A stretch of 64,000 bases of DNA from Octopus bimaculoides. Taxonomy: Eukaryota. Under the pieces are notes generated by a model, which saw only the letters and a list, made by a program, of their open reading frames with translations, was not told the origin of the DNA and ran no database searches. Made by a program: the position numbers and the translations under genes. Positions 12,570 through 24,544 of this stretch are shown here, piece by piece. Numbering within the stretch: the first letter of the stretch is position 1; every line of letters begins with the position of its first letter. The stretch covers positions 38,431,766-38,495,765 of the forward strand of contig NC_068989.1 of the NCBI RefSeq assembly GCF_001194135.2, written 5' to 3'.

Positions 12570-13760
12570 CCCACAGAAGTATGTACACCCCTAAAAAATT
12601 TCAGTAAAATTGACATTATGTTTGATAATATTGAAGAAAATCAAACATAATGCAAACATAAATTTGGAACACAAAACAATAAACATTTTCAAAGATATGA
12701 ACGAAATATTAATTTTCAAATGATACAAAAATATGGTTACCCCAAAGGATTATTTGCTATATTCAATATTTGGTGTGACCGCCTTTGCTTTCAGTGACTG
12801 CATTAAGTCTTCTGGGCATAGATTTGACTAAATTTCCTCATATAACCGATGAAATCGACCTCCATTCATCTGAATGATGTCTTTCAACTGTGTTACATTG
12901 TAAGGTTTTTCCCCCTTAACCTTCCTTTTCAAAACACCCCACAAATTTTCTATTGGGTTTAAATCAGGTGACATGGAAGGCCAAGGCAATACCTTTACTT
13001 TTTTATCTGATAAAAACTTAGTCATCATCTTTGAAGTGTGTTTAAGATCTTTATCATGTTGGAACATGGAATGTTTTCCCAGTTCCTTGATGCTTTTCAG
13101 CATTGCTTTCTGAAATATGTCACAATAAAACCTTGAATCCATTGTTCTCTCAATAAATGTGAGTCCTCCTACACCAGATGAACTCGTGCATCTCCAAAGC
13201 ATAACAATTCTACCTCCGTGTTTCATGGTAGGCATGGTGCATTTGTTGCTATTATCTTCACCTGGTTGTTGCCAGACTCGTTTAATATATGATTCAAACA
13301 AGTGGATTTTATTCTTGTCAGAAAAAAGAATTTTATTCCAAAACTCCTTCTCCTTACTCACAAAGGTTTCAGCAAAAGAAACATGACTTGATTTATGCCT
13401 GGTATTGAGGAGAGGCTTCCTACAAGGAAGACTACACTGGTTCAAACTTCAGCGAACTGTTTTGGGTAGATACACTCTTTCCACTAACAGAAGACACTCC
13501 TTGGGCCAAAGATGAAGCGGTACGACACCTGTCGTCCTTCACGCAATGTTGGATGTGGTGAATATCATGTGTAGCTAAAATAGAAGGACGTCCTGGATGA
13601 TGTTTATTCCTTAGCCGTCTAGTTGCTTTGTACTTCTGAATTACTTTCGGCAACTGTGTTTATGCTAATATGTATTCATTTGCTAATTAACTTGTATCCT
13701 AAACCATTCTTGTGCAAATTAAAAATAATTTTTTCAAATCTTTCAGACAATTCTTCTTCT
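12564..13760 (-). mobile_element. Tc1-family (DD34E) DNA transposon, frameshifted and missing its 5' end
   Basis: A TIR-like end CAGTATCCCACAGAAGTATGTACACCCC starts at 12564. Transposase pieces lie in three frames, including N-terminal ELSERFEKIIFNLHKNGLGYKLISK and PKVIQKYK...PGRPS...DDRCRTA. Confidence 0.92.
12828..13445 (-). pseudogene. Tc1 transposase catalytic domain
   Basis: ILFSD...KHGGRIVMLW...FQHDKDLKH...WPSMSPDLNPIENLW; 34 residues counted between the second D and the E. Confidence 0.9.
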
Positions 13761-13816
13761 ACATTATTTACATTATTTACAATTGATGGATATTTGTCCT
13801 CATCTTGTTTTTTGTT

Positions 13817-13862
13817 AACACAATGTTTCGGCTGATGTACCCTCCAGCCTTCATCAGGTTTC
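13817..13862 (-). ncRNA. Minimal type I hammerhead-like motif, left SINE copy
   Basis: GAAAC CTGATGA A GGCTG-gagggtacat-CAGCC GAAAC ATT GTGTT; core and stem II intact, helix III mutated (ACAT rather than ACGT). Confidence 0.55.
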
Positions 13863-13948
13863 TTGGGGAAATTTCGAACCGGGGTTCTCATTCCTAAGGT
13901 ATTTTTCGATGTTGTTGTTGTTGTTATTATTATTATTGTTATTATTTA

Positions 13949-14016
13949 GGTCACTGCCTGGAATCGAACCAGGAATCTTGGGGTTAGTAGCCCGTGCTCT
14001 TAACCACAACACCATA
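13949..14016 (-). other. tRNA-derived Pol III head of the SINE (not a tRNA gene)
   Basis: TATGGTGTTGTGGTTAAGAGC (A-box-like), GGG-CTACTAA-CCC anticodon-like arm, T-arm CCTGG-TTCGATT-CCAGG (B box). Confidence 0.7.
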
Positions 14017-14131
14017 GATTCTGAGTTCGATTCCAGGCAGTGACCTGAATAATAACAATAATAATAATAATAATAACAACAACATCGAAAAATACCTTAG
14101 ACATGAGAACCCAGGTTCGAAATTTCCCCAA

Positions 14132-14177
14132 GACACCTGATGAAGGCTGGAGGGTATATTAGCCAAAACGTTGTGTT
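14132..14177 (+). ncRNA. Minimal type I hammerhead-like motif, right SINE copy
   Basis: GACAC CTGATGA A GGCTG-gagggtatat-TAGCC AAAAC GTT GTGTT; stem I GACAC/GTGTT, palindromic ACGT helix III, G12 mutated to A. Confidence 0.55.
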
Positions 14178-17100
14178 AACAACAAACAAGATGAGAACAA
14201 AAATCCATCAAATGTAAATAAAGTACATGATTCCTCATCTCTTTAATATAGAACTTCTGCTAGGACCACTGCTGCTGCTGCTGCTGTTGTTGGTGTCATT
14301 GCCAATATAGTTGGTGTTGGCACTGCTGCTATAATCAGCCCTGCTAGTGAAGACGTTGGCAGCTCTGCTGCTGTAGACATCCGGGAAGCTGTTTGTAAGG
14401 CTGGATTTGAAGGTGACATTTGTGTGGTTGATGTTAGTGATGGTGCTGTTGGGGGTGTCAGTGCTCTTACTTCTTTGGCCTTAGTGTTGTCCATACAACT
14501 GCCAACCACTCTTATTTAAACCTCAGCTCCCCTTGCTGTAAAACACATACAACCTTCAACTATATTTAACTGCCATGTCTCTATCTGGTGATTTTTCATT
14601 TGGTAGTTTTGTAACAGCTGTTAAGAAATTTTTGCTGGTTGTTGTAATGGCAAAAATAAATTGTATTTTATGGCTGCAACATTTGATTTCAATATGCAAG
14701 CACAAAAAGTATATGTCTGTAGTATCACAGTGGTTGACCTCTAACCTTTAATTAAGGCATACCATAATGCATCTGAACAGGAAATAGTCATTCATTCAAT
14801 GTAGTCAGTACCATTTTGAAGTATTCATTTTTTTCAGTACTCTCTGGACCTTTGTTGACTGACAAGACATTTTGAGTGATGAAGTTGTAGTTTTCTTTCT
14901 GAATTGATCATGGACTGTCCCTATTCATGTACTTTTTGACCCCTATTACTCATCATGTGGCAATCACTGTAGCAGTTATTAACAGAAGTGAAAAATGAGT
15001 GCTACATCCTGGATTTTTAACATGCTCTTCTTTTAGGGTTACTGTAAAGAGCTGAAACAGGAAGATGAAAATGCATTAAAGAAAATTAACTGGGCAGTTT
15101 CTACAGAATCAGGAATATAATGAATCCATTGTCTGCACATTCAATCCCCTTACTCAACTGCCCAGCTCACCTTCATTGTCAAACTTCTAGCCTCACTAAA
15201 TAGAATGACTCACATAACCATTGTATTGGATTATATAGCACAGCAGATATGTCAAATCTTCCAACAGCAGGAATGTTATAAGCTTTGCTTGTTGCAGAAG
15301 CTGGTTGCATTTGTTTTAGAAACAAGCTGCACCTAGAGAAGCTTGCTTTATTTTCCAGAGAAGCCAGTCACACTTACTGAATTTCAGGATGATTAGGTAA
15401 CTCCGCAATATTCTACTCCATTGCTTTGAAATTCTGCAAAGCAAAAGATCCATTCTAACAGCTAATAAGAAGGTATGATTGGTTGGATTTTACTTGAGCA
15501 TTTTCTTCTTTCATGATATCCACCTAGTTTTAGGAAATGCCACATGTTTTAGCAAACATAATCAATGCTATTAACTGAGCATTTTTCTTGAGAAGGTACA
15601 GTAATCTAGTGAAAAGTGTTAGAATCTCTCTTGGACTAATATATTTTTGACAAAACCCACTTGTACATGGTTATATTATTTATTAAAATCTAAGAGCCCT
15701 TATCACTGGAAAACCACATCATCTTAAAGAGGAATATTTAGGGCTGTTGGTGTAGCCTTTCTTGCTACAATATACTATATACAATATACAGTTTGCATGT
15801 TTAATGAGTATCTCTGGTTGGTAGTATATGTAGATTTAATAGAAAGTATCACAAAGTTGCTGGTGGTAGTGTGTGAATTCATTATTCACTTAATATCTAA
15901 AGACTATATTCAGTTGTATTATGTTTTTCCTTTTTGTAGTCCTATGTTCATTTGGATAGAGACAATCGAATTGGGTTGTGTAAAATAATTCAATTCATTT
16001 CAGTTACTTTCATAAGTTGGTTAATGGTGAGTGCAACACAATACCATATAAAATTCAATGGTCAAAGCCTGGGAGCTGCAATCTGTGCTAAATGTACTAT
16101 TGTCAAGTGTGCTGCTTACAGAGCTGTCATTGCTGAGGACAAGAAAAGAGGACCTTAAAAAGTTGGTAAAGACCAGAAGAACTGGCTATAGTTCATGAGG
16201 TGGAAAAGTACCAGGGCCATATGATATAGTAAGGTATCTTTTATAACCTGGATTGTAACTTAACAAGAATTGTTTTGTGTGGCAAATGCCACCAGTATTT
16301 GGGAGTAAGCAAGATTTTCCTGATGTGTAGGCTTTGTATATGGACCGAACAGTTTGTGTGAAACTATGAGTTACTTGAGACATTGAGTTTTAGTTGTGTG
16401 TACAATATGAAGAGACATGCTTGAAAGATAGTTTGATCACCTGCCTAGCTATTTCTGATAAGTCAAAAGTGGACCACATTTGCTGCCTAAGACAGTTGGC
16501 ATAAAACTAAACTAGTAGAGCTCCAATGAGTTAGCTGACTTGAATTACCATAGGGTCAGGGAGTTTGTGATTACATGTCAAACAGTTACAATAAAGCAGT
16601 TGTCAGTTTACTCAGTAGGTTCAGAGACAGTTATGGTTTTAATTTGCATGGTAAAGAAATGTCAATAGTTGTAGGTGTAGTTATTGATGTTAGAAATCAC
16701 AAGCTGTAGTGGTCTGCTTACAGCAGTTCTCATGAATACATGATATATTTATTTAATCTAAATAACTTCCATAAATCTTCTTCTACATTTTATTGCTAAT
16801 CTTATTACAAATTTTATCATTTTCTAGTATTGTTTTTTTTGTTTTAAATTTTGTGTATTTTTTTTTAGTTATATTCAAGCAAACAAACAAAAAATGTACA
16901 TTTGAAATTTAAAACTAACTCTTGAAATCTTGTGAAAGAGGAACATTTGAAATGTAGACACTTTTCTGAATTATTTTATAGTGTTAATATTAAAATAAAA
17001 ATAAATTCAGTAAACATGAAACAATGAATGCAAATTCTTTTAAATTGTGTTTATGGAGTTAACGCTATGTTTTCAACATGTCCATGTCATACTTTAGTAA

Positions 17101-17453
17101 ACAGTTGCTCCTGAATTTCTCTCTCAAGATATGTGTGTGTTTAGAGGGATATATTATCCGATCAGATACTGTGATAGCTTTCATTTATGTTCTAGGTTAT
17201 GGCTAACCACACCGATTAGTATTTTATGTCTATGACTACTAGGAGTTGTCACTCACACTGTAATTTCTACCAATGGGTTATTCTGTGTTCATTTCACTGG
17301 AATGTATATTAACAATAATTATAATGATAAAGACTATGGAGACTGGTACATACTCAAAATTTATTTCCTTACATTTTACAATGTCATACAGCATGTCTTC
17401 ATGGTTATGATAACCTACATGTGTTTCCACTGCACAGAGTATGGGAAGTTACA

Positions 17454-17576
17454 TATGCAACTGGGCATTTTCTGCACAGATTCGTCCGAGGTCTTTCAAT
17501 CCAGCTAGGCTCAAAGTGAACTGAATCTGGTTAAAAACCCTGAAAGAAACTGCACAAATTTATGCCCAGTTGCATA
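17454..17576. mobile_element. 123-bp putative MITE with perfect 15-bp terminal inverted repeats
   Basis: TATGCAACTGGGCAT (17454-17468) and ATGCCCAGTTGCATA (17562-17576); inner cagattc/gaatctg pairing. Confidence 0.5.
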
Positions 17577-18048
17577 AGCATATTATAATTATTGCTTATA
17601 TATATATATATATATATATATACAAATTTTAAATAAAAGTTTAGATTTGAAATTCAAAATTTTGCATTTAAACTGTATTTTGGGGATGTCCCTTCTGTAT
17701 CAGTTATTTAGAATATGTATATATGTAAGTATGTATGTATGCATGCATATTGTGTAGTATATGCGAATGTTTGTCCCTGACGAAATATAATTTACCTTTT
17801 TCCTTTTTCAATCAGACTGTCAGATGCTCTTAATATCCTTATACATCACTGGTTACAAAGCACTTCCATTCTTTCCTTGGCTGTTCTCTCCTCTGCAGTT
17901 AGGACCTAAATTGTTTGACTGTCATCATTCCATTGTCTTGGAGGTCTTCCAGCTAATCTCTTCCAATTTCTTGGATACCACTCAACAAGTGTATGAGTCT
18001 ATTCAGAGCAATATATATATATGTGTGTGTGTATACATAGATACATAC

Positions 18049-18081
<33 letters not shown>

Positions 18082-18181
18082 NNNNNNNNNNNNNNNNNNN
18101 NNNNNNNNNNNNNNNNNNNNNNNNNNNNNNNNNNNNNNNNNNNNNNNNNNNNNNNNNNNNNNNNNNNNNNNNNNNNNNNNN
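18082..18181. other. Assembly gap (100 N)
   Basis: N run following a (TA)n tract. Confidence 1.
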
Positions 18182-18241
18182 AATTGCCTCGAGTTCTGCT
18201 GTCCGCTGAACACTGTGTGGTGACCACAACTATACTTTATT

Positions 18242-18594
18242 TATAAAACTGCCAAGACATCACAAAAACTGTTACTCAGAGTTTCTTGTTGGTCGGACAG
18301 ATTTGGTTGAGTATAGAACAAAATATGGTTATATGCATAAATATACAATTACGTTGATAGATTTAAAATCATATGATTTTAAATAGTAATTGTAATTTCA
18401 TATAACTGGTTATTGAAAAGACTGTTAGTTGAAGGGACCAATGATACAACGCCATTTTCAAATGTGTGTCTATCAACATAATTGTATATTTATGCATATA
18501 ACCGTATTTTGTTCCATTCTCAACTAAATCTGTCCAACGAATGGGCATGTCAAACTCTGAGTAACAGTTTTTGTGATGTTTTTGTAGCTTTATA
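18242..18594. mobile_element. Foldback/MITE element with ~120-bp inverted arms and TA ends
   Basis: 18242-18361 is the reverse complement of 18469-18594 with one small indel; the spacer holds the palindrome tttaaaatcatatgattttaaa. Confidence 0.85.
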
Positions 18595-18670
18595 AATGCA
18601 ACATATTACTCTACTTCTGGTATTCAAGTTCTGTTTTTTCCACCTTATTTCACATTTATTTAATTACTCT

Positions 18671-18709
<39 letters not shown>

Positions 18710-19399
18710 GTCACATTGTGGACCCAGTCTGTTAGCTGTTTAGCTGTGTGTACCACTGTCGAGACAATTTATCATACTGCTATGCATATGTCTCATAGAT
18801 CTCTCTCTCTCTCTCTCTCTCTCTCACTCACACACACACAAGCATTTATTAAAGTGAGTGAACAAACAAATAACAGTAACACTCAACACTTGGAGTTGTG
18901 TGCATTGAGAAGAGCTGGACCTGTTTTTACCATGAAACTTTATGTACCATGAGAAGCTAAGCCAAACACTCAGTATGTTTATATTTATGTATTGTTACAT
19001 TTCGGGATGGTCATTTTTTTTTCTCTTCCAAATAACCACACTCACAATATACTCCTTATTCACTTCAGCTTAATTATCATTATTTTAGTGTCTTTTGTCT
19101 TAAATCTTTCGTCACACATCCTGTGATCTCTTCAACAACTCTCCATCCCACATGTTTCCTCCTGTCCTGTTTAGTCCATTCTCCAGTGAGTGGAGTGTGG
19201 TTATTTGGGGGAAAAAAAAAAAAAATGACCATCTCGAAATATACAATATCTTTTTCACCACCCAATTTCATATAAGGAAGCTTGCAAAACGAATAAATGA
19301 ATGAATGAGTGAATAAATGAATGAATGAATTAATTAATGTATGTGTGTGTGTGCGTATGTGTGTGTGTGTTTGTGTGTGTGTGTATGTACATATGAATG

Positions 19400-19712
19400 A
19401 AGTCAGGTGGCTGAGTGGTTAGGGTATTTAGTTCATGATTGTAAGGTCATGAGCGTGATTTCTGGCAGGCATTGTGATCTTGAAAGACTTTTATTTCACA
19501 TTGCCCCAGTTCACTCAACTGGCAAAAATGAGCTGGTAATTCAAAAGACCAGCCATGTCACATTGTGTCATGTTCAATCTCCCTGAGAACTATGTTAAGG
19601 GTGCATGTACTTGTGGAGTACTCAGCTACTTCCATGTTAATTTCAGGAGTAGGCTGTTCTGTTGATCAGATCAACTGGAACACTCATTGTCATAACTGAT
19701 GGAGTGCCAGTT
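19400..19712 (+). mobile_element. tRNA-derived SINE (family also at 47640-48066 minus; related head at 21705-21895 minus)
   Basis: gtggctgagtggttagg head, tttcacattgccccagttcactcaactggcaaaaatgag core, and gttgatcagatcaactggaac 3' part, matching the reverse complement of 47.7-48.0 kb. Confidence 0.65.
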
Positions 19713-21000
19713 ATGTATTATATGCACGTTATGTATTATATGTATGTGTGTGTATACATGTATGCATAAGAAGGTAACTTGTGAACTACATAGTTTCAAG
19801 TTCAGACCCATTACACAGCAAGTTGGGTAAGTGTCTTCTACTGTGGCCTCAGACCAACCAATGCTTTATGAATGACTTTGGTAGAATGACTGGAAATGTA
19901 TGAACCATTGTGTGTATGTGTGTGTGTGCATGCATGAATGTTTACATTTTGCATACTTCCCACAAAATACCACTGAACTACAAGCAGTGAAGTTTATCAT
20001 TTCTCTATCAACAAATCATCTGCAAACTCTGTACTTCTGAAGACATGTGGAATAAGAGATCCCTTACTTGAAAAACAGCGAAGGATAGGATTAGTGAGAA
20101 GAAGGATATCCAGCTGCAAAACAATGTCTCAATAATATATATTCATATAATTCATTCAGGGAAAAATGGACATGAAGAACAAATGAATGAATGTAGGATA
20201 CAGTGTGTTCATCTGAAAGACATTGGTCAAAAGCATAATACCAAAGGACAAATTTGTTGTAAGACATATTCATACAAAGACAAAATGACCAAAATACAGA
20301 TAGATTAGAAACATATTAGTTACTGAATATATCTTTTAAAGTGTTTGATGTTTACTAATATTAGTATAGCTCCGTATTTGCACAAAATCATACAAATACT
20401 TAACATAAACTGGGTTTCTTTAATGATAAGAACCAATTACATTTTGAAAAGAAACACATTTTTTTCAAGTTATCTGGTTTGGGATAAGAAAATAAACATC
20501 AATAGAAATACATTAAAACTTAATCTCAACTAAGTTTTTAATACAAATGATTTTAAAATGATAAGAACAAATTATTTTTTAAGTAATACATATTTTCAAT
20601 TATATTTTTATGTATGTATGGGTGTGTTCATTATGTATAGTGTCCTGTACAACAGATAGATAAATATTCAAAATTTTTTAATGGAAATCATAATTTCTAA
20701 CATAGACACATGACTGCAACCTTTATGAGTGGAGTGTAGTTAACTACATCTCAAGAATTGGGTTGCTACTTATGTTATTGAGCCCTAAAGGATAACAGGC
20801 AAAGCTGGTCATGGCAGAATTTGATTGAAGAAGCTAAAGGGATGGAACACAATGCTACAGTGTATTGCATGGCTCTTTATGCTTTTCTTTCTTGCACTGT
20901 ATGTGTTCTGCCATTCTTAATTTTAATATTTTACTGTCCATTTGAGCTTTGATTTTTTTATAGCCTGATTCTTAATGTCCATCCTGTTTCTTCTTTACAG

Positions 21001-21029
21001 TATAAAATCTTTGGCAAACACATAAACAG
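21001..21029 (+). other. Candidate 29-nt exon
   Basis: cctgtttcttctttacag|TATAAAATCTTTGGCAAACACATAAACAG|gtaaca. Based on splice motifs only. Confidence 0.3.
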
Positions 21030-21232
21030 GTAACATACCAAGTAACTTGCAATACAAAAGGGTGCCCTCAACTGAGAGGGAGTATAGTAGAGAGGGAGGT
21101 GACTTTATGCTTGAGTTGAAGTATGATAGAAGGGACAGGAACAGGCTTTTTGCTGTATTCTGTTTTTTAGTTTCACCAAAAAACAGAACCAGAATCTTTA
21201 ACTTCTGCTCTTTATGCATAATTTTACTGTAG

Positions 21233-21324
21233 TGAAGAATTTACAGGGTGTTGCATTACTCCTGGTCACTATTCGAGTGTTCTATGTTCCAAAAACTGAC
21301 TGCTTCATTCAGCTACACCATATG
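21233..21324 (+). other. Candidate 92-nt exon
   Basis: ataattttactgtag|TGAAGAA...CACCATATG|gtgagg; open only in phase 1. Confidence 0.25.
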
Positions 21325-22979
21325 GTGAGGTAGTCACAGGGAACCCTAGTTCTGCCTCAAGTTTGAAAGTCGATGTAGATTTTGTATGATGTGCAGTATT
21401 ATTGTTTCTCAGGAGTGTATTCCTTAAATGGGAAATTCCTTCTTTATATGCTAGTCTAGATTGTTTTGGCTCCAAATTGTAGACAAGTTCCAATTCCTCT
21501 TTTAATACAAAATGGGGGGTGATATTTATACATTGTGTAAAGCTCTGTAGACTTCATATACTCCTATCTGACTTTGTTAGTTGTACAAGTATGTCACTGA
21601 ATAGAGGGTGATTATTGCATCATTCTCTTGGAAATAGACGTAGGTGTCTGTTTTGAGCCTATGGTATCATGAGGCTGGATCTTATCTATATTTTTAAGGC
21701 ATTTAGGCTGAAAGTACAGGGCCCCATACCCCACTGGACAGTGTGCTGGTCCATCACAGGGTTAACCCTCAAGTTCTTCTGGTACTCATTTTCAACTGAA
21801 TATGCTGGAGCAACATGAAATGAACTACCTTGCTAAAGAATCCAATGACTGTGAGCCCAGAACTTTAATCACTAGGCAATGTGCCTTCACTGGAAACTGA
21901 TACTAACTTCATTCATATTCTAATCAACTTGGATACTCCCTTGGCATTGATAGATTATAAATGTGTTATCCACCAAACTGCAGGTTTAATATTTCAGTAT
22001 TCAGTGCTATGGCTGTGATGTCAAGGTGTGGTGTTTAAGGTTGGTGGTTAATGAAAATGTATTTCTAGGGATGCTTGATATTGATTGGTTGGCTAAGCAG
22101 CCAATCACATGAGACTACTGTGGCTTAGTCATGATGTTTACTTGGCTATACCAGTGATCTGGTTTTGAATTTACTACAAATCCTTTATAACCTTTATTAC
22201 CAGTGATAATGGTGGACCTACAGGTATTTCTTCCACTTGACATTTTGCTTCTTTTGAATACAATGCCACATTTGAAATTTATTTCAACTGTTGTTCTTTA
22301 TTCATAATGGAAGCTTCATCCCTGAATAAGACATATTCCCTTTCTCACTCCACACCTGTTTTTAGCAAGTCTTCATTTTTATATTATTCCTTCCATTTTG
22401 CTTCTTTTGAATACAATGCCACATTTTCATGGTATCTATCTGCATCTCTTTTCTTGAAATTTTTATTTGCTTCCAGTCTTGCTCTGTGAACAAACAAAGA
22501 TTTTGTGATTGCAACAAGACTGACTACATATTAGCTGGAAAATAACTCTGATAATGATATGTAGAGTATTTATTGATGATAATTAGTGCAACCTTGATTA
22601 GGATGAATATTATACTGTATATGTGTTCCAAGTTATAATGGCATTACATAAATCTTCTGCTGTTATTGTTGAGTCCCATTTCAATCCTGCCAGAGCAGCC
22701 CTATCATCAAAGTTATTCCAGCTATGATCGTCCTGTTTTATTTCTTTTTTAATATAGGAGTGCATGCATAACTAAATTATTCATTGGCCAATGTGTCCAT
22801 TTATTCCCCAAGGTAGTTGAGTGTGGTTTAAAGAAGATTTAGCTGTTATTTCCAGCAGATCAGGAGACCATTTAGAGGCTTTTTGTATTAGGTCATAAAC
22901 TTATCATATTGACTGTCTGTGAAATATATTTTGTTTTTCATTAAAAGGACATTTTTTTCTTTCTACTTTCATTTATAAT

Positions 22980-23172
22980 AGTCATAAGCGTGATCGTTAC
23001 CAACGTCGCCTTCCTGGCACTTGTGCCAGTGGTACGTGAAAAGACATTTGAGCGAGATCATTGCCAGTGCCCCTGGACTGACTCCTGTGGCACATAAAAT
23101 ACACCATTTCGAGCATGGCCATTGCCAGTACTGCCTGACTGGNNNNNNNNNNGATGACGATGACGATGATGA
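22980..23172 (+). mobile_element. Young, CpG-retaining RTE-type 3' UTR fragment spanning a 10-N gap (23143-23152)
   Basis: CpG-rich sequence with internal ttgccagt repeats and a (GAT/GAC)n tail. Confidence 0.45.
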
Positions 23173-23691
23173 TTCTACTCTGTCCCTTCTAATACCCATT
23201 GAATAAGTAACATGATGTTATAATCACTCTAGAGAGTCTTCATACATTTGTCTTTTCCTTTTTAGAGATATCTGGCAAGGCATTGTAGAATTCTTAATGC
23301 AAGCCAATTTAAATTTTCATTCTAGTAGGTTCTGATTTCAAATTCTCCTGATGTTCAACCTTTTGCGGTCAGTAGTAGTATAAAAGCTAGTAAAACACTG
23401 GTGCTGACTTGGTTGAATGTGAAAGAAATTCTAAAAAAAAAAAAAAAAAATGTGAAAAAGCAGAACAAATTGATATTCATTTACACCACTACAAACATTC
23501 ATCAAACTCAACTACATGGACACACAGAGACATTGAATGTATTGAGCATGTATGTGTGTCCTTCACTGTGTGTTTAGTATATTGTAGATCATTTTATAGT
23601 TAGTATAATTTTAGATATATGTATATATGTGCATGTATAGCAGATCAGTAATCCAAAAGTGTAAAGCACTTTCTCACTATATCTTTTTCAG

Positions 23692-23733
23692 ATTATTCAG
23701 AGATTCAGTTTCAGTTAACAGAGCAGAATAAAG
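23692..23733 (+). other. Candidate 42-nt exon
   Basis: tatatctttttcag|ATTATTCAG...AATAAAG|gtggat; phase 1 reads (D)YSEIQFQLTEQNK; the donor is weak. Confidence 0.25.
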
Positions 23734-24532
23734 GTGGATTTTTGGCTATATATATATATCTGTTTGTGAAGTTTTTGTGTTTGTATTTGTTTATTTCATG
23801 TTGTTTTTGTTGTAGTAGTATTTATTAAAAGAAATCAATGAAAGTAGTCTTCTATAGTATAGCAATTATATTGTATTACGTGTGATGTTGTCTGTTTTGT
23901 TTATATATTCACTGTTTACAATTAAGATATATTATTGTTTTTATTTAGCCCTAGGTCAACCCTGATTGTGTAGACTCTTAAATAAAAGCTTTCTAGCAAT
24001 AGCCATCCTGTCATATTTTTAGGAATAGTGTATTTCTGACTACAGTATTTCAATGTGTCTTTTGAAGATTTCTGTGGTGTATATTGAAGGATATTTAACA
24101 GTTAATTATAAAGGTTGTGCATTTGTGTAGATACTTCCTCATTTGATCAAATGAAAATATTGTGTTATGTATCTTGTAACAACCTGAAGAAAATTAAACT
24201 AATTTTAACAATAACAAAATACTATAATATTACCTCTGACAATAAACATTAAACATATTAACAGCTGTTGTTCTTTATTGGATATCAACTGTTAATATTT
24301 GTAATAATTTTTTGTTGCATTATTAACTGAACTCAGAATTTATGAACTAATCATGGTAATATAATACCATGTCTTAACTAAATTACTTTCCACATATACT
24401 GGTTGTCACCAAATCTTACCCAGAAATTCTAATGAAACTCACAACTTTTATCTCAGAGTGACACATTGTTGAACATTTGTAATGCATATAAATTAAATGT
24501 TAAATACACAGAACAGTGTTTTTTCAATACAG

Positions 24533-24544
24533 ATTTGAGTAAAG
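24533..24544 (+). other. Candidate 12-nt microexon, copy 1
   Basis: gtgttttttcaatacag|ATTTGAGTAAAG|gttagt; length and splice sites are conserved in the duplicate. Confidence 0.45.

Larger units (their letters stand above)
13760..14255. mobile_element. Head-to-head inverted pair of a tRNA-headed SINE-like element carrying a hammerhead-like motif
   Basis: 13760-14016 (minus, complete head) and 14017-14255 (plus, 5'-truncated) are reverse complements. Each copy reads head, (TAA/CAA)n, body, CTGATGA...GAAAC motif, then an aatgtaaata tail. Confidence 0.85.

Noticed and set aside
10769-12650. Poly-YI/CV/HT/SL/ER ORFs (also at 36.9, 45.3 and 56.5-56.9 kb, and the poly-N/H/Y ORFs at 33.9-34.1 kb)
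   Set aside because: These are translations of di- and trinucleotide microsatellites.
13949-14016. Possible tRNA gene (ACT anticodon-like loop)
   Set aside because: No convincing acceptor stem, and it is embedded in a duplicated repeat; treated as a SINE head.
15235-15264. LEDLTYLLC on the minus strand, resembling the Argonaute/PIWI LQ.LTY.LC motif
   Set aside because: The following PAP..YAH motif is absent, and there are stops and no other PIWI motifs; chance similarity.
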